Shown here in pieces: positions 1 through 11,850 of a stretch of DNA of 64,000 nucleotides. The notes beneath the pieces are model-generated. The model was not told where the DNA came from, did not search any database, and worked only from the letters and a program-made list of their open reading frames with translations. Numbering within the stretch: the stretch's first letter is position 1; each line of letters opens with the position of its first letter. The translations under genes were made by a program, and so were the position numbers. This stretch comes from Escherichia coli (GTDB lineage Bacteria; Pseudomonadota; Gammaproteobacteria; Enterobacterales; Enterobacteriaceae): the NCBI RefSeq assembly GCF_024502345.1, contig NZ_JALDNN010000001.1. The stretch is one strand, 5' to 3'.

Positions 1-1958
1 GGCTACAAGCCGGACAGCGGGGCGAAGCGTTGCTGATGAACGGCGACGACGCGCGTCCGGTGCGTGCTTCGGACATCAGTGTGCTGGTGCGCAGCCGCCA
101 GGAGGCCGCCCAGGTGCGCGATGCCTTAACGTTGCTGGAAATCCCTTCCGTTTACCTTTCGAACCGCGACAGTGTTTTTGAAACTCTGGAAGCGCAGGAA
201 ATGCTTTGGTTGTTGCAGGCGGTGATGACGCCCGAACGTGAGAACACCCTGCGCAGTGCGCTGGCAACGTCAATGATGGGGCTGAATGCGCTGGATATTG
301 AAACGCTGAACAATGACGAACATGCGTGGGATGCGGTAGTTGAAGAGTTCGATGGTTATCGGCAAATCTGGCGCAAACGTGGCGTTATGCCGATGCTGCG
401 GGCGCTGATGTCGGCGCGTAACATTGCAGAAAACTTGCTGGCAACGGCAGGCGGTGAGCGGCGTCTTACCGATATCTTGCATATCAGCGAACTGCTTCAA
501 GAAGCCGGAACGCAGCTGGAAAGTGAACATGCGCTGGTACGCTGGTTATCGCAACATATCCTCGAGCCAGACAGTAATGCCTCCAGCCAACAAATGCGCC
601 TCGAAAGTGATAAACATCTGGTGCAGATTGTCACGATCCATAAATCAAAAGGGCTGGAATATCCGCTTGTCTGGTTGCCATTTATTACCAATTTCCGCGT
701 CCAGGATCAGGCGTTTTATCACGATCGCCACTCGTTTGAGGCTGTTCTGGATCTTAACGCTGCGCCAGAAAGTGTCGATCTCGCGGAGGCCGAACGTCTG
801 GCGGAAGATCTGCGTTTGCTTTACGTGGCGCTGACGCGTTCGGTTTGGCATTGCAGTCTCGGCGTTGCACCGCTGGTGCGCCGTCGTGGCGATAAAAAAG
901 GTGACACCGACGTCCACCAAAGTGCGCTCGGGCGTTTGCTGCAAAAAGGGGAACCGCAAGATGCGGCAGGGCTTCGCACCTGTATTGAAGCGTTATGCGA
1001 TGATGATATTGCCTGGCAAACGGCACAAACTGGTGATAACCAGCCCTGGCAGGTTAATGATGTTTTAACTGCAGAACTGAATGCGAGGACGCTACAACGA
1101 TTGCCCGGCGATAACTGGCGTGTCACCAGCTACTCCGGTTTGCAGCAGCGTGGTCACGGTATCGCTCAGGATCTGATGCCACGGCTGGATGTTGATGCCG
1201 CAGGCGTGGTCAGCGTCGTTGAAGAACCGACGTTAACACCGCATCAGTTCCCGCGCGGTGCGTCACCGGGGACATTCTTGCACAGTTTGTTTGAAGACCT
1301 CGATTTTACCCAGCCGGTTGACCCGAACTGGGTGCGGGAAAAACTGGAACTCGGCGGCTTTGAATCGCAGTGGGAACCGGTATTGACCGAGTGGATCACG
1401 GCTGTCCTCCAGGCACCTCTCAATGAAACCGGCGTAAGCCTGAGTCAACTTTCCGCCCGCAATAAACAGGTGGAGATGGAGTTTTATCTGCCGATTAGTG
1501 AACCGCTTATCGCCAGTCAGCTTGATACGTTAATCCGCCAGTTTGACCCGCTATCCGCTGGCTGCCCGCCGCTGGAGTTCATGCAGGTACGCGGCATGTT
1601 AAAAGGCTTTATCGACCTGGTGTTCCGCCACGAAGGGCGTTATTACCTGCTCGACTATAAATCCAACTGGTTGGGTGAAGACAGTTCGGCTTACACCCAA
1701 CAGGCTATGGCAGCGGCAATGCAGGCACACCGCTATGATCTGCAATATCAGCTTTATACCCTGGCGCTGCACCGTTATCTGCGCCATCGCATTGCTGATT
1801 ACGACTATGAGCGCCACTTTGGCGGCGTTATTTATCTGTTCCTGCGTGGTGTTGATAAAGAACATCCGCAACAAGGGATTTACACAACCCGCCCCAACGC
1901 CGGGTTGATTGACCTGATGGATGAGATGTTTGCCGGTATGACTCTGGAGGAGGCGTAA
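1..1958 (+). CDS. recB: Exodeoxyribonuclease V beta subunit RecB, C-terminal part (5' end lies outside the window)
   Basis: ORF 30..1958 is open back to the window edge in the same frame; translation recognised as the RecB C-terminal nuclease domain; stop overlaps the recD start (TAATGA). Confidence 0.9.
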   Translation, partial: LQAGQRGEALLMNGDDARPVRASDISVLVRSRQEAAQVRDALTLLEIPSVYLSNRDSVFETLEAQEMLWLLQAVMTPERENTLRSALATSMMGLNALDIETLNNDEHAWDAVVEEFDGYRQIWRKRGVMPMLRALMSARNIAENLLATAGGERRLTDILHISELLQEAGTQLESEHALVRWLSQHILEPDSNASSQQMRLESDKHLVQIVTIHKSKGLEYPLVWLPFITNFRVQDQAFYHDRHSFEAVLDLNAAPESVDLAEAERLAEDLRLLYVALTRSVWHCSLGVAPLVRRRGDKKGDTDVHQSALGRLLQKGEPQDAAGLRTCIEALCDDDIAWQTAQTGDNQPWQVNDVLTAELNARTLQRLPGDNWRVTSYSGLQQRGHGIAQDLMPRLDVDAAGVVSVVEEPTLTPHQFPRGASPGTFLHSLFEDLDFTQPVDPNWVREKLELGGFESQWEPVLTEWITAVLQAPLNETGVSLSQLSARNKQVEMEFYLPISEPLIASQLDTLIRQFDPLSAGCPPLEFMQVRGMLKGFIDLVFRHEGRYYLLDYKSNWLGEDSSAYTQQAMAAAMQAHRYDLQYQLYTLALHRYLRHRIADYDYERHFGGVIYLFLRGVDKEHPQQGIYTTRPNAGLIDLMDEMFAGMTLEEA

Positions 1959-3784
1959 TGAAATTGCAAAAGCAATTACTGGAAGCTGTGGAGCACAAAC
2001 AGCTACGCCCGCTGGACGTGCAGTTTGCCCTGACCGTGGCGGGAGATGAACATCCTGCCGTCACCCTCGCGGCGGCACTGTTAAGTCATGATGCCGGAGA
2101 GGGACACGTTTGTTTGCCGCTTTCACGACTGGAAAATAATGAGGAGTCGCATCCGCTGTTGGCGACCTGTGTCAGTGAAATCGGTGAGCTACAAAATTGG
2201 GAAGAATGCTTGCTGGCTTCACAAGCGGTCAGCCGGGGAGATGAACCCACGCCGATGATCCTCTGTGGCGATCGTCTTTATTTGAATCGCATGTGGTGTA
2301 ACGAGCGGACGGTAGCGCGCTTCTTCAATGAGGTGAATCATGCCATCGAGGTGGATGAAGCCTTGTTGGCGCAAACCCTGGATAAACTCTTTCCGACTGG
2401 TGATGAAATTAACTGGCAAAAAGTGGCGGCAGCAGTGGCGCTGACGCGGCGGATCTCGGTGATTTCCGGCGGCCCTGGCACCGGTAAAACGACCACCGTA
2501 GCGAAGTTGCTGGCAGCGTTAATTCAAATGGCCGACGGCGAACGCTGCCGTATCCGTCTGGCTGCACCAACGGGTAAAGCTGCCGCGCGCTTAACCGAAT
2601 CTCTCGGCAAGGCTTTGCGACAGTTACCGCTGACCGATGAACAAAAGAAACGCATTCCGGAAGATGCCAGTACTTTGCACCGATTGCTGGGTGCGCAGCC
2701 GGGTAGCCAGCGTTTACGTCATCATGCCGGTAACCCGCTGCATCTTGATGTGCTGGTGGTAGATGAAGCGTCAATGATCGATCTGCCTATGATGTCGAGA
2801 CTGATCGACGCCTTGCCCGATCATGCGCGAGTGATCTTTCTCGGCGATCGTGATCAACTGGCCTCGGTTGAGGCTGGGGCTGTGCTGGGCGATATCTGCG
2901 CTTATGCCAATGCCGGCTTTACCGCCGAGCGTGCCGGGCAGCTAAGCCGCCTGACGGGAACTCACGTTCCGGCAGGAACTGGCACAGAAGCGGCATCTTT
3001 GCGCGACAGTCTCTGCCTGCTGCAAAAAAGCTATCGTTTCGGCAGCGATTCTGGCATTGGTCAGTTAGCTTCGGCGATCAACCGTGGTGACAAAACGGCA
3101 GTGAAAACCGTTTTTCAGCAGGATTTTACTGATATTGAAAAACGGCTTTTACAGAGCGGCGAAGATTATATTGCGATGCTTGAGGAAGCTCTTGCGGGTT
3201 ATGGACGTTATCTGGATCTGCTGCAAGCGCGTGCCGAGCCGGATTTAATCATTCAGGCGTTCAATGAGTACCAACTTTTGTGCGCCCTGCGGGAAGGGCC
3301 GTTTGGCGTGGCTGGACTGAATGAGCGAATTGAGCAGTTTATGCAACAGAAGCGCAAAATTCATCGTCATCCGCACTCTCGTTGGTACGAAGGCCGACCG
3401 GTGATGATTGCCCGTAATGACAGCGCGCTTGGGTTGTTTAATGGCGATATCGGTATTGCGCTGGATCGCGGGCAGGGGACGCGCGTTTGGTTTGCGATGC
3501 CGGACGGCAATATTAAGTCTGTGCAACCGAGCCGCCTGCCAGAGCACGAAACGACGTGGGCGATGACGGTACATAAATCGCAGGGATCGGAGTTCGACCA
3601 TGCGGCGTTGATTTTACCGAGCCAACGCACGCCGGTAGTAACGCGAGAGCTGGTTTACACCGCAGTGACCCGCGCGCGTCGCCGTCTGTCGCTGTATGCC
3701 GATGAGCGTATATTAAGTGCGGCAATCGCCACTCGTACTGAGCGGCGCAGTGGTCTGGCGGCGTTGTTTAGTTCGCGGGAATAA
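1958..3784 (+). CDS. recD: Exodeoxyribonuclease V alpha subunit RecD (608 aa)
   Basis: 608-aa ORF with Walker A motif GGPGTGKTT and helicase motifs; start overlaps the recB stop. Confidence 0.93.
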   Translation: MKLQKQLLEAVEHKQLRPLDVQFALTVAGDEHPAVTLAAALLSHDAGEGHVCLPLSRLENNEESHPLLATCVSEIGELQNWEECLLASQAVSRGDEPTPMILCGDRLYLNRMWCNERTVARFFNEVNHAIEVDEALLAQTLDKLFPTGDEINWQKVAAAVALTRRISVISGGPGTGKTTTVAKLLAALIQMADGERCRIRLAAPTGKAAARLTESLGKALRQLPLTDEQKKRIPEDASTLHRLLGAQPGSQRLRHHAGNPLHLDVLVVDEASMIDLPMMSRLIDALPDHARVIFLGDRDQLASVEAGAVLGDICAYANAGFTAERAGQLSRLTGTHVPAGTGTEAASLRDSLCLLQKSYRFGSDSGIGQLASAINRGDKTAVKTVFQQDFTDIEKRLLQSGEDYIAMLEEALAGYGRYLDLLQARAEPDLIIQAFNEYQLLCALREGPFGVAGLNERIEQFMQQKRKIHRHPHSRWYEGRPVMIARNDSALGLFNGDIGIALDRGQGTRVWFAMPDGNIKSVQPSRLPEHETTWAMTVHKSQGSEFDHAALILPSQRTPVVTRELVYTAVTRARRRLSLYADERILSAAIATRTERRSGLAALFSSRE

Positions 3785-3792
3785 ACGTAATT

Positions 3793-3833
3793 GCCGGATG
3801 CGACGTACGAGTGTTACGCATGTCGCATCCGGC
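3793..3833. terminator. REP-like GC-rich hairpin between convergent recD and argA; probable bidirectional terminator
   Basis: Inverted repeat gccggatgcgac...gtcgcatccggc seen directly in the sequence. Confidence 0.5.
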
Positions 3834-3845
3834 GATTTTCGTCGC

Positions 3846-5177
3846 TTACCCCAAATCCGCCATCAACACTTTGGATTTACGCTGGTAGTTGTACAACTGC
3901 TTTTTGCTCTCGGGCAGTAAATCAATATCCACTGGGGTAAATCCACGTTCCTGGAACCAGTGAATACTGCGCGTGGTCAGCACAAACAATTTGCTTAAGC
4001 CGCTCTGCTTCGCCTGAGCGGCAATGCGTTCCAGCAGAACCTCGCCCCGTGATGAGCTGCGGTAATCCGGGTGAACTGCCACACAGGCCATTTCCCCAAT
4101 CTTCTCTTCCGGGAACGGATAGAGCGCGGCGCAGGCAATAGTCGTGTTATCGCGCTGAATAATGGTGAATTTGTCGATTTCCATCTCCAGCTGCTCGCGA
4201 GAACGGCGCACCAGAATACCTTGCTGCTCCAGCGGGCGAATCAACTCCAGAATACCGCCAATATCGTTGATTGTTGCGCGACGAATCTGCTCGGCGCTTT
4301 CCATCACAATCTGCGTACCGATACCGTCGCGTGAGAACAACTCTTGCAACAGCGCGCCATCTTCCTGATAACTGATTAAATGACAGCGACGCACGCCGCT
4401 GCGGCAGGCTTTCACTGCGCCACGCAAAAAGCGCACCGTACCGGAGTTGTAATCGCCTTTCTCTTCCTGGGCTTCTACCCGTGCTTGCGCTTCGTTAGGG
4501 AAAAGTTCGGAGACAATATCACCGTCGTCATTAGTGACGCCTTGGGAAGAGCAAAAACCAATCATCTTTTCAGCTTTCAGTTTGATGGCCAGTTGAGTAG
4601 CAATCTCTTCCGAGGTCAGATTAAAGCTCTCGCCAGTGACTGAAACAGCGACCGGCCCCATTAGCACTATTGCACCGCTGTCCAGTTGACGATGGATCGC
4701 GTCTTCATCAATCCGCCGGATACGCCCGCTATGGCAGTAATCCACGCCGTCATCGACGCCCAGCGGCTGGGCGATAATAAAATTGCCACTGACGACGTTG
4801 ATATGCGCGCCCTGTAGCGGCGTGTTATTGAGACTCATCGACAGGCGAGCAGTAATATCCAGTTGCAATGTTCCCGCAGCCTGCTTCACCAGTTCCAGTG
4901 TTTTGGCGTCGGTCACACGTATATTCTTGTGATACAGCGGTTCGTGGTGATGCGCAGCCAGATTTGCGTCGATCTGCGGACGTGCGCCATAGACCACCAC
5001 CAGACGGATGCCGAGGCTGTGCAATAACCCGATATCATTAACGATACTGGAGAAATTCTCATGCTCAATGGCTTCACCGCCGAGCATGATGACAAACGTT
5101 TTTCCCCGGTGGGTATTGATATAGGGAACCGAATGGCGGAATCCCTCGACCAACTCGGTTTTACGTTCCTTTACCAC
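3846..5177 (-). CDS. argA: N-acetylglutamate synthase (443 aa, GTG start)
   Basis: ORF 3846..5243; protein [41 protein letters not shown]... recognised as ArgA; start placed at the in-frame GTG to give 443 aa. Confidence 0.9.
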   Translation of the reverse strand: MVKERKTELVEGFRHSVPYINTHRGKTFVIMLGGEAIEHENFSSIVNDIGLLHSLGIRLVVVYGARPQIDANLAAHHHEPLYHKNIRVTDAKTLELVKQAAGTLQLDITARLSMSLNNTPLQGAHINVVSGNFIIAQPLGVDDGVDYCHSGRIRRIDEDAIHRQLDSGAIVLMGPVAVSVTGESFNLTSEEIATQLAIKLKAEKMIGFCSSQGVTNDDGDIVSELFPNEAQARVEAQEEKGDYNSGTVRFLRGAVKACRSGVRRCHLISYQEDGALLQELFSRDGIGTQIVMESAEQIRRATINDIGGILELIRPLEQQGILVRRSREQLEMEIDKFTIIQRDNTTIACAALYPFPEEKIGEMACVAVHPDYRSSSRGEVLLERIAAQAKQSGLSKLFVLTTRSIHWFQERGFTPVDIDLLPESKKQLYNYQRKSKVLMADLG

Positions 5178-5190
5178 GGCACACCTCTTT

Positions 5191-5226
5191 GCATGATTAT
5201 TCGAAATTAGTGTATTTTTATTCTGT
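5191..5226 (-). promoter_or_regulatory. Putative tandem ARG boxes (ArgR operator) in the argA promoter
   Basis: Two adjacent 18-bp AT-rich palindrome-like sites (minus strand ACAGAATAAAAATACACT and AATTTCGAATAATCATGC) 14-49 bp upstream of the argA start; resemble the ArgR consensus. Confidence 0.5.
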
Positions 5227-5408
5227 TTTTTCGCAGGGTGCAAGTGTAAATTTTATGCGAGAGCGACTTTTTTATCAGTAATGCCGTGAATATAAAAAGA
5301 ATGTTTACCGTTTATTAGATGACAGATTATGCGTCTTTCGCTAAAGTTTCCGGTCAAATTAGTCGTTTACTTGTTACACAGCTTAGATTTCTTTTGCTCG
5401 GGAGAGGC

Positions 5409-6662
5409 ATGTCAGGATCCAACACTGCAATCAGCCGTCGTCGTTTACTGCAAGGCGCGGGTGCCATGTGGCTATTGAGCGTAAGTCAGGTCAGTCTGGC
5501 TGCGGTCAGCCAGGTCGTGGCGGTGCGCGTCTGGCCTGCGTCCAGCTACACCCGTGTGACGGTAGAATCAAATCGTCAGCTGAAATATAAGCAGTTCGCG
5601 TTGAGTAACCCTGAACGCGTGGTGGTGGATATCGAAGATGTAAACCTGAACTCGGTACTCAAGGGGATGGCGGCACAAATTCGTGCAGACGACCCGTTCA
5701 TCAAGTCGGCGCGCGTCGGGCAATTTGACCCGCAAACCGTACGGATGGTTTTTGAGTTAAAGCAAAATGTAAAACCGCAGATGTTTGCCCTCGCGCCGGT
5801 CGCCGGGTTTAAAGAACGTCTGGTGATGGACCTTTATCCGGCCAATGCTCAGGACATGCAGGACCCATTGCGGGCGCTGCTGGAAGATTACAATAAAGGC
5901 GACCTCGAAAAGCAGGTGTCGCCTGCGCAGAGTGGCCCACAGCCAGGCAAGGCCGGGCGCGATCGTCCGATTGTCATTATGCTCGACCCTGGCCACGGCG
6001 GCGAAGACTCCGGCGCGGTGGGGAAATACAAAACGCGCGAAAAAGACGTGGTATTGCAAATAGCTCGCCGTCTGCGCTCTCTGATCGAGAAAGAGGGCAA
6101 TATGAAGGTTTACATGACGCGTAATGAAGACATCTTCATTCCGTTGCAAGTGCGCGTAGCAAAAGCACAGAAACAGCGTGCTGACCTGTTTGTCTCTATC
6201 CATGCCGACGCCTTTACCAGTCGTCAGCCGAGCGGTTCCTCGGTGTTTGCGCTCTCAACCAAAGGTGCAACCAGTACTGCGGCAAAATATCTGGCACAAA
6301 CCCAGAACGCCTCGGACTTGATTGGTGGCGTGAGCAAAAGCGGTGACCGCTATGTCGACCACACCATGTTCGATATGGTGCAGTCGCTGACCATTGCCGA
6401 CAGCCTGAAGTTTGGTAAAGCGGTACTGAATAAGCTCGGTAAAATCAACAAGCTGCATAAAAATCAAGTTGAACAGGCCGGGTTTGCCGTACTAAAGGCA
6501 CCAGATATTCCCTCCATTCTGGTCGAAACGGCGTTTATCAGTAACGTTGAGGAAGAGCGTAAACTGAAAACGGCGACCTTCCAGCAGGAAGTTGCGGAGT
6601 CTATTCTTGCAGGGATTAAAGCGTATTTTGCCGATCGGGCGACGCTGGCGAGAAGGGGATGA
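5409..6662 (+). CDS. amiC: N-acetylmuramoyl-L-alanine amidase AmiC (417 aa, Tat signal)
   Basis: ORF 5319..6662; start chosen at [23 protein letters not shown] (twin-arginine signal) with a GGAGAG RBS upstream; amidase_3 domain recognised. Confidence 0.9.
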   Translation: MSGSNTAISRRRLLQGAGAMWLLSVSQVSLAAVSQVVAVRVWPASSYTRVTVESNRQLKYKQFALSNPERVVVDIEDVNLNSVLKGMAAQIRADDPFIKSARVGQFDPQTVRMVFELKQNVKPQMFALAPVAGFKERLVMDLYPANAQDMQDPLRALLEDYNKGDLEKQVSPAQSGPQPGKAGRDRPIVIMLDPGHGGEDSGAVGKYKTREKDVVLQIARRLRSLIEKEGNMKVYMTRNEDIFIPLQVRVAKAQKQRADLFVSIHADAFTSRQPSGSSVFALSTKGATSTAAKYLAQTQNASDLIGGVSKSGDRYVDHTMFDMVQSLTIADSLKFGKAVLNKLGKINKLHKNQVEQAGFAVLKAPDIPSILVETAFISNVEEERKLKTATFQQEVAESILAGIKAYFADRATLARRG

Positions 6663-6665
6663 TAA

Positions 6666-6689
6666 AAAGGCGCTGAATGGCGCTTTTTT
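6666..6689 (+). terminator. Rho-independent terminator of amiC
   Basis: Hairpin aaaggcgc-tgaatg-gcgctt followed by a T-run, immediately after the amiC stop. Confidence 0.7.
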
Positions 6690-6705
6690 ATAGGAGACCA
6701 GAAAC

Positions 6706-6728
6706 AAAAAAACACCCGTTAGGGTGTT
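6706..6728 (-). terminator. Rho-independent terminator of the initiator-tRNA operon
   Basis: On the minus strand a hairpin acaccc/gggtgt followed by a T7 run, just 3' of the last tRNA copy. Confidence 0.65.
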
Positions 6729-6735
6729 CAATAAT

Positions 6736-6812
<77 letters not shown>

Positions 6813-6844
6813 TCACCGTACTGCTTTATTTCATTAAATTTGAT

Positions 6845-6921
<77 letters not shown>

Positions 6922-6954
6922 TCACCGTACTGCTTTACTTCATCAAATTTTAAT

Positions 6955-7031
<77 letters not shown>

Positions 7032-7239
7032 TCCGTGGATGCGCACTATACTCCGCTCGCGTTTTCATGCAACCTTTTTTTTACCCCGATCACGGATTTA
7101 GCATGATTTTGAACAAAAACAAACCACTAAAGCCTATTTTTTGTGCAAAATTTGCGTCAGGGAGAGGCTGCTCATTTCATTAAACGCGGCGGTTTGTTAT
7201 CTTCGTTGCGCCTTATTTTTTAACCTGAAGAAGAGAACA

Positions 7240-8337
7240 ATGAAAGGACGTTGGGTAAAGTACCTTCTTATGGGCACGGTTGTGGCAATGCTTGCCGCCT
7301 GCTCTTCCAAACCAACCGATCGCGGACAGCAATATAAAGACGGGAAATTTACCCAGCCTTTCTCTCTGGTGAACCAGCCAGATGCCGTTGGCGCGCCGAT
7401 TAACGCCGGTGATTTTGCCGAGCAAATTAACCATATCCGTAATTCGTCACCGCGTCTGTATGGCAACCAGAGTAATGTTTATAACGCGGTGCAAGAGTGG
7501 CTGCGCGCAGGCGGTGATACCCGCAATATGCGCCAGTTCGGCATTGATGCCTGGCAGATGGAAGGTGCCGACAACTATGGTAACGTGCAGTTTACAGGCT
7601 ATTACACGCCGGTAATTCAGGCGCGCCATACCCGCCATGGCGAGTTCCAGTATCCTATTTACCGTATGCCGCCAAAACGTGGTCGTCTGCCGTCTCGTGC
7701 GGAGATCTACGCGGGGGCATTGGGCGATAAATACATCCTCGCTTACAGCAACTCTCTGATGGATAACTTCATTATGGATGTGCAGGGTAGTGGGTATATC
7801 GACTTTGGTGATGGCAGTCCGCTTAACTTTTTCAGCTATGCAGGGAAAAACGGTCATGCCTATCGCAGCATTGGTAAGGTGCTGATCGACCGTGGCGAAG
7901 TGAAAAAAGAAGATATGTCGATGCAGGCGATTCGTCATTGGGGCGAAACACACAGTGAAGCCGAGGTTCGCGAGCTGCTGGAACAGAACCCGTCTTTCGT
8001 CTTCTTTAAACCGCAATCTTTTGCACCGGTGAAAGGGGCAAGTGCGGTGCCGCTGGTTGGCCGTGCTTCTGTTGCCTCCGATCGTTCAATTATTCCGCCA
8101 GGTACTACCTTGCTGGCAGAAGTGCCGCTGCTGGATAATAACGGCAAATTTAACGGTCAGTACGAATTGCGTCTGATGGTGGCGTTGGATGTCGGGGGCG
8201 CAATCAAAGGCCAACACTTCGATATCTATCAAGGGATCGGGCCGGAAGCCGGACACCGCGCAGGTTGGTACAACCACTATGGACGTGTCTGGGTGCTGAA
8301 AACCGCCCCGGGCGCAGGTAACGTCTTTAGCGGCTGA
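7240..8337 (+). CDS. mltA: Membrane-bound lytic murein transglycosylase A (365 aa, lipoprotein)
   Basis: ORF 7141..8337; start set at MKGRWVKYLLMGTVVAMLAACSS (lipobox LAAC); MltA recognised. Confidence 0.9.
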   Translation: MKGRWVKYLLMGTVVAMLAACSSKPTDRGQQYKDGKFTQPFSLVNQPDAVGAPINAGDFAEQINHIRNSSPRLYGNQSNVYNAVQEWLRAGGDTRNMRQFGIDAWQMEGADNYGNVQFTGYYTPVIQARHTRHGEFQYPIYRMPPKRGRLPSRAEIYAGALGDKYILAYSNSLMDNFIMDVQGSGYIDFGDGSPLNFFSYAGKNGHAYRSIGKVLIDRGEVKKEDMSMQAIRHWGETHSEAEVRELLEQNPSFVFFKPQSFAPVKGASAVPLVGRASVASDRSIIPPGTTLLAEVPLLDNNGKFNGQYELRLMVALDVGGAIKGQHFDIYQGIGPEAGHRAGWYNHYGRVWVLKTAPGAGNVFSG

Positions 8338-8424
8338 TGTGATATTCTGTATGCCGTTTTTACGGATATGACAGGGTGAGGGGTAACCTCACATCCTGAT
8401 TATTGACTAAGTGCGCGTTGTTCA

Positions 8425-8524
8425 TGCCGGATGCGGCGTGAACGCCTTATCCGGCCCACAAATCATGCAAATCCAAAATATTGCAGGAGTTATGTAGGCC
8501 TGATAAGCGTAGCGCATCAGGCAT
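8425..8524. repeat. BIME: two inverted REP (palindromic unit) elements
   Basis: gccggatgcggcgtgaacgccttatccggcc and gtaggcctgataagcgtagcgcatcaggc match the E. coli REP consensus. Confidence 0.8.
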
Positions 8525-8533
8525 TTATGCGTT

Positions 8534-8561
8534 TAGGGTGAGGGAAAACCTCACCCTTTTT
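8534..8561 (+). terminator. Terminator-like hairpin with T-run, 15 bp upstream of the tcdA start
   Basis: 9-bp stem agggtgagg/cctcaccct, loop gaaaa, followed by ttttt. Confidence 0.55.
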
Positions 8562-8575
8562 AATTCTGAGGTGCT

Positions 8576-9382
8576 ATGTCTGTGGTAATTAGTGATGCAT
8601 GGCGTCAGCGTTTTGGTGGCACAGCGCGTCTGTATGGTGAAAAAGCGTTGCAACTGTTTGCTGACGCGCATATTTGTGTGGTTGGTATCGGTGGTGTCGG
8701 TTCCTGGGCGGCGGAAGCGCTGGCGCGCACGGGGATTGGCGCAATCACGCTTATCGATATGGATGATGTGTGCGTCACCAATACCAATCGGCAAATTCAT
8801 GCCCTGCGCGATAACGTTGGGCTGGCAAAAGCGGAAGTCATGGCGGAACGTATTCGCCAGATTAACCCGGAGTGCCGTGTAACGGTGGTGGATGATTTCG
8901 TGACGCCGGATAACGTAGCGCAGCATATGAGCGTGGGTTATTCGTACGTGATTGATGCCATTGATAGTGTACGGCCCAAAGCGGCGCTGATTGCTTATTG
9001 TCGGCGCAATAAAATCCCGCTGGTCACGACCGGTGGCGCGGGTGGGCAGATTGACCCAACGCAGATTCAGGTTACCGATCTGGCGAAAACGATTCAGGAC
9101 CCGCTGGCGGCGAAGTTGCGCGAGCGCCTGAAAAGCGATTTTGGCGTAGTGAAAAACAGTAAAGGTAAGCTCGGCGTGGATTGCGTGTTTTCTACTGAAG
9201 CGCTGGTGTACCCGCAGTCAGACGGTACGGTGTGTGCGATGAAAGCCACGGCAGAAGGGCCGAAGCGGATGGATTGTGCATCTGGATTTGGCGCGGCAAC
9301 GATGGTGACCGCCACCTTTGGGTTTGTTGCGGTTTCTCATGCGCTGAAGAAGATGATGGCGAAAGCGGCGCGTCAGGGTTAA
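8576..9382 (+). CDS. tcdA: tRNA threonylcarbamoyladenosine dehydratase TcdA (CsdL/YgdL), E1-like (268 aa)
   Basis: 268-aa ORF with ThiF/MoeB-type nucleotide-binding motif VVGIGGVGSW. Confidence 0.88.
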   Translation: MSVVISDAWRQRFGGTARLYGEKALQLFADAHICVVGIGGVGSWAAEALARTGIGAITLIDMDDVCVTNTNRQIHALRDNVGLAKAEVMAERIRQINPECRVTVVDDFVTPDNVAQHMSVGYSYVIDAIDSVRPKAALIAYCRRNKIPLVTTGGAGGQIDPTQIQVTDLAKTIQDPLAAKLRERLKSDFGVVKNSKGKLGVDCVFSTEALVYPQSDGTVCAMKATAEGPKRMDCASGFGAATMVTATFGFVAVSHALKKMMAKAARQG

Positions 9383-9389
9383 ACAATCA

Positions 9390-9421
9390 GGTCGGATGCG
9401 ACGCGAACGTCTTATCCGACC
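9390..9421. repeat. REP-like palindromic element between convergent tcdA and csdE
   Basis: ggtcggatgcgacgcgaacgtcttatccgacc. Confidence 0.6.
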
Positions 9422-9432
9422 TGGTTCTGTGC

Positions 9433-9876
9433 TTAAACCTGCTTCGCCGCAGCGATAATTGCCTCGCTTAACGCATTCAACCCCTGGCTGCGTGAGGCGC
9501 TAAGCTGCCCACGCAATCCCAGCTCATCAAACAATGCCAGCGGCGACTGTGCCTGTAATTCGGCGGCGGTTTTCCCCTCAACGGCAGTCAACAACACCGC
9601 CAACAGGCCGCGCACAATGCGCCCTTCGCTGTCGCCAAAGAAGTGCATTTTACCGTTTTCAGCCACGGTATATCCCAGCCAGACGCGGTTTTCGCATCCG
9701 GCAATCTCTTTAGCCTGCGCTTTTAACTCGTCTGGCAAAGCCGGAAGCTGTTTCCCCAGCATGATCAACTGGCGATATTTATCTTCCCATTGCGTCAACG
9801 GTGCGAAGGTATTGCGTAACGTTTCTGCGGTTACGGTTGTGCCGAACGGATGTCCGGCGAATTGCGGGTTTGTCAT
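9433..9876 (-). CDS. csdE: Sulfur acceptor protein CsdE (SufE-like, 147 aa)
   Basis: 147-aa ORF recognised as CsdE/YgdK; its start overlaps the csdA stop. Confidence 0.88.
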   Translation of the reverse strand: MTNPQFAGHPFGTTVTAETLRNTFAPLTQWEDKYRQLIMLGKQLPALPDELKAQAKEIAGCENRVWLGYTVAENGKMHFFGDSEGRIVRGLLAVLLTAVEGKTAAELQAQSPLALFDELGLRGQLSASRSQGLNALSEAIIAAAKQV

Positions 9877-11081
9877 TAATCCACCAATAATTCCAGCGCA
9901 CGGTCAACGGCATTCACCAGCGCATCCACATCACTCTTTGTATTATATGGCGCAAAAGAGGCGCGCAGTGTGCCGGTTACGCCTAATTCTGCCAGTAGCG
10001 GCTGAGCGCAATGTTGCCCGGCCCGCAAGGCAATACCGTACTCCGCCAGTAGCGTCACCATATCGCTGTGATGAACGCCAGCAAAATCAAAGGCCAGCAG
10101 GCTGGAATCCTGGCAGCGGAATGAACGAAAGCCTGGACGTTTCGCCAGCGCATCTTCCGCCAGCGTTGCTAAGCTATGGCTCCAGTTTTCGGCCTGGTTG
10201 ATATCGTAATCTGCCAGCCATTCCAGCGCCGCGCTTAATCCTATGACACCAGCCACATTTGGCGTTCCTGCTTCCAGTTTCCACGGCGCAGATTGAGTCG
10301 TGAAGCCGTCAAAACTCACTTCGTGAATCATTTTGCCGCCACCCAGCCAGGGCGACATCGCTTCCAGCAGTTCTGATTTGCCATACAGCACGCCGATACC
10401 CGTCGGGCCATACAGTTTGTGACCAGAGAAAGCATAGAAATCGATATCCAGTTGCTGAACATCCGCGGGGAAATGCACCGCCCCCTGAGCACCATCAACC
10501 ATCACCACCATCCCTGCTGAATGAGCAAAGGTAATCGCTCGCGCCAGATCCGGGCAACCGCCAGTAACGTTCGACATCTGACTCAACGCCAGAATCCGAC
10601 TACGGGGAGTAATCAGTTCTGGCAACAAATCGACATCCGGCAGTCGCTGCGCATTAAGCGGCAATTTCACCACTTTGGCTCCAGTTTGTTGGGCGACCAT
10701 CAGCCAGGGGACGAGGTTGGCGTGGTGTTCTGCCACGCTGACAATAATCTCATCGCCCGGTTGCAGACGCGGACGCGCATAGCATTGTGCCACCATGTTG
10801 ATGGATTCAGTGGTGCCGCGCGTCCAGACGATAGTTTTATCATCCGGTGCATTCAGTAATTGCGCCACTTTCTCTCGTGCAGCTTCATAACGCGCGGTCA
10901 GGCGTTGGGCTTCGGCAAACTGGCTGCGATGGACGTTTCCGGCGCTCAGGCTGTAAAACTGTCGAGTGGCTTCAACCACGGCTTCAGGTTTAAGCGCGGT
11001 CGCGGCGCTGTCGAGATAGACGCCCGCATCCTGTAGTGCGGGAAACTGGGCGCGAAACTGCGCGGGATTAAAAACGTTCAT
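9876..11081 (-). CDS. csdA: Cysteine sulfinate desulfinase / cysteine desulfurase CsdA (401 aa)
   Basis: ORF 9876..11117; start set at [16 protein letters not shown]; class V aminotransferase with PLP-binding SGHKLYGP motif. Confidence 0.9.
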   Translation of the reverse strand: MNVFNPAQFRAQFPALQDAGVYLDSAATALKPEAVVEATRQFYSLSAGNVHRSQFAEAQRLTARYEAAREKVAQLLNAPDDKTIVWTRGTTESINMVAQCYARPRLQPGDEIIVSVAEHHANLVPWLMVAQQTGAKVVKLPLNAQRLPDVDLLPELITPRSRILALSQMSNVTGGCPDLARAITFAHSAGMVVMVDGAQGAVHFPADVQQLDIDFYAFSGHKLYGPTGIGVLYGKSELLEAMSPWLGGGKMIHEVSFDGFTTQSAPWKLEAGTPNVAGVIGLSAALEWLADYDINQAENWSHSLATLAEDALAKRPGFRSFRCQDSSLLAFDFAGVHHSDMVTLLAEYGIALRAGQHCAQPLLAELGVTGTLRASFAPYNTKSDVDALVNAVDRALELLVD

Positions 11082-11272
11082 GGTACTCCTCGGCTTGATG
11101 CACCGATCGTGACGCAAAATTCACTTTGATACAAGGAGAGTGCTAACCATCAGAATTATCTGGATATCCTGGCGAAGCCGCGTCAGTAACATATGCTGAA
11201 TAGTGTTAGGCGTTAATTTTAGCCTGTTAATCAATACTATTAAGATTTATTAATCGCTTTAAGGAGAAGATG

Positions 11273-11500
11273 ATGAAAAAGACTGCCGCAATTATTTCTG
11301 CCTGTATGCTGACTTTTGCCCTGAGCGCCTGTTCCGGTTCGAACTATGTGATGCACACCAATGACGGACGTACCATCGTCTCTGACGGCAAACCACAGAC
11401 TGATAACGATACCGGTATGATTTCGTATAAAGACGCTAATGGCAACAAACAGCAGATCAACCGTACCGACGTGAAAGAGATGGTCGAACTGGATCAGTAA
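11273..11500 (+). CDS. ygdI: Small lipoprotein YgdI (DUF903, 75 aa)
   Basis: [23 protein letters not shown] lipoprotein signal; short ORF. Confidence 0.8.
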   Translation: MKKTAAIISACMLTFALSACSGSNYVMHTNDGRTIVSDGKPQTDNDTGMISYKDANGNKQQINRTDVKEMVELDQ

Positions 11501-11516
11501 TTCGCGATCGCAAGGT

Positions 11517-11722
11517 AAAAAAAAGCACCGCAATTAGGCGGTGCTACATTAATCACTATGGACAGACAGGGTAAATGTACAGGAAGTGAAAAAAGGTAGC
11601 TTTGCTACCATGGTCTGAATCGCAGACCAATTGCAAACACAACAACACAACATCACAACCGTAAGCCAAAAGTTCACCAGAACACGCATTCCGATAAAAC
11701 TTTTCGTTCCGGCTCAGGAAGT
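11517..11722 (-). ncRNA. gcvB: GcvB small regulatory RNA (about 206 nt)
   Basis: Minus strand reads ACTTCCTGAGCCGGAACGAAAAG...GTTGTGATGTTGTGTTGTTGTGTTTGCAATTGG... and ends in a hairpin GCACCGCCTAATTGCGGTGC plus U-run; recognised as E. coli GcvB, divergent from gcvA. Confidence 0.9.
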
Positions 11723-11850
11723 GCCGCCACTATAGGTATTTGCTGGTAGAAGCTCAACGGACAATTTATAATGGCTCAGATTAAAAAAACTAATAGGTTA
11801 CACAGTGTAATCTAATTGTTAAATTCATTTAACATCAAAGTTTAAAAGCC

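Noticed and set aside
10521-10859. 112-aa ORF on the plus strand
   Set aside because: Antisense inside csdA; spurious.
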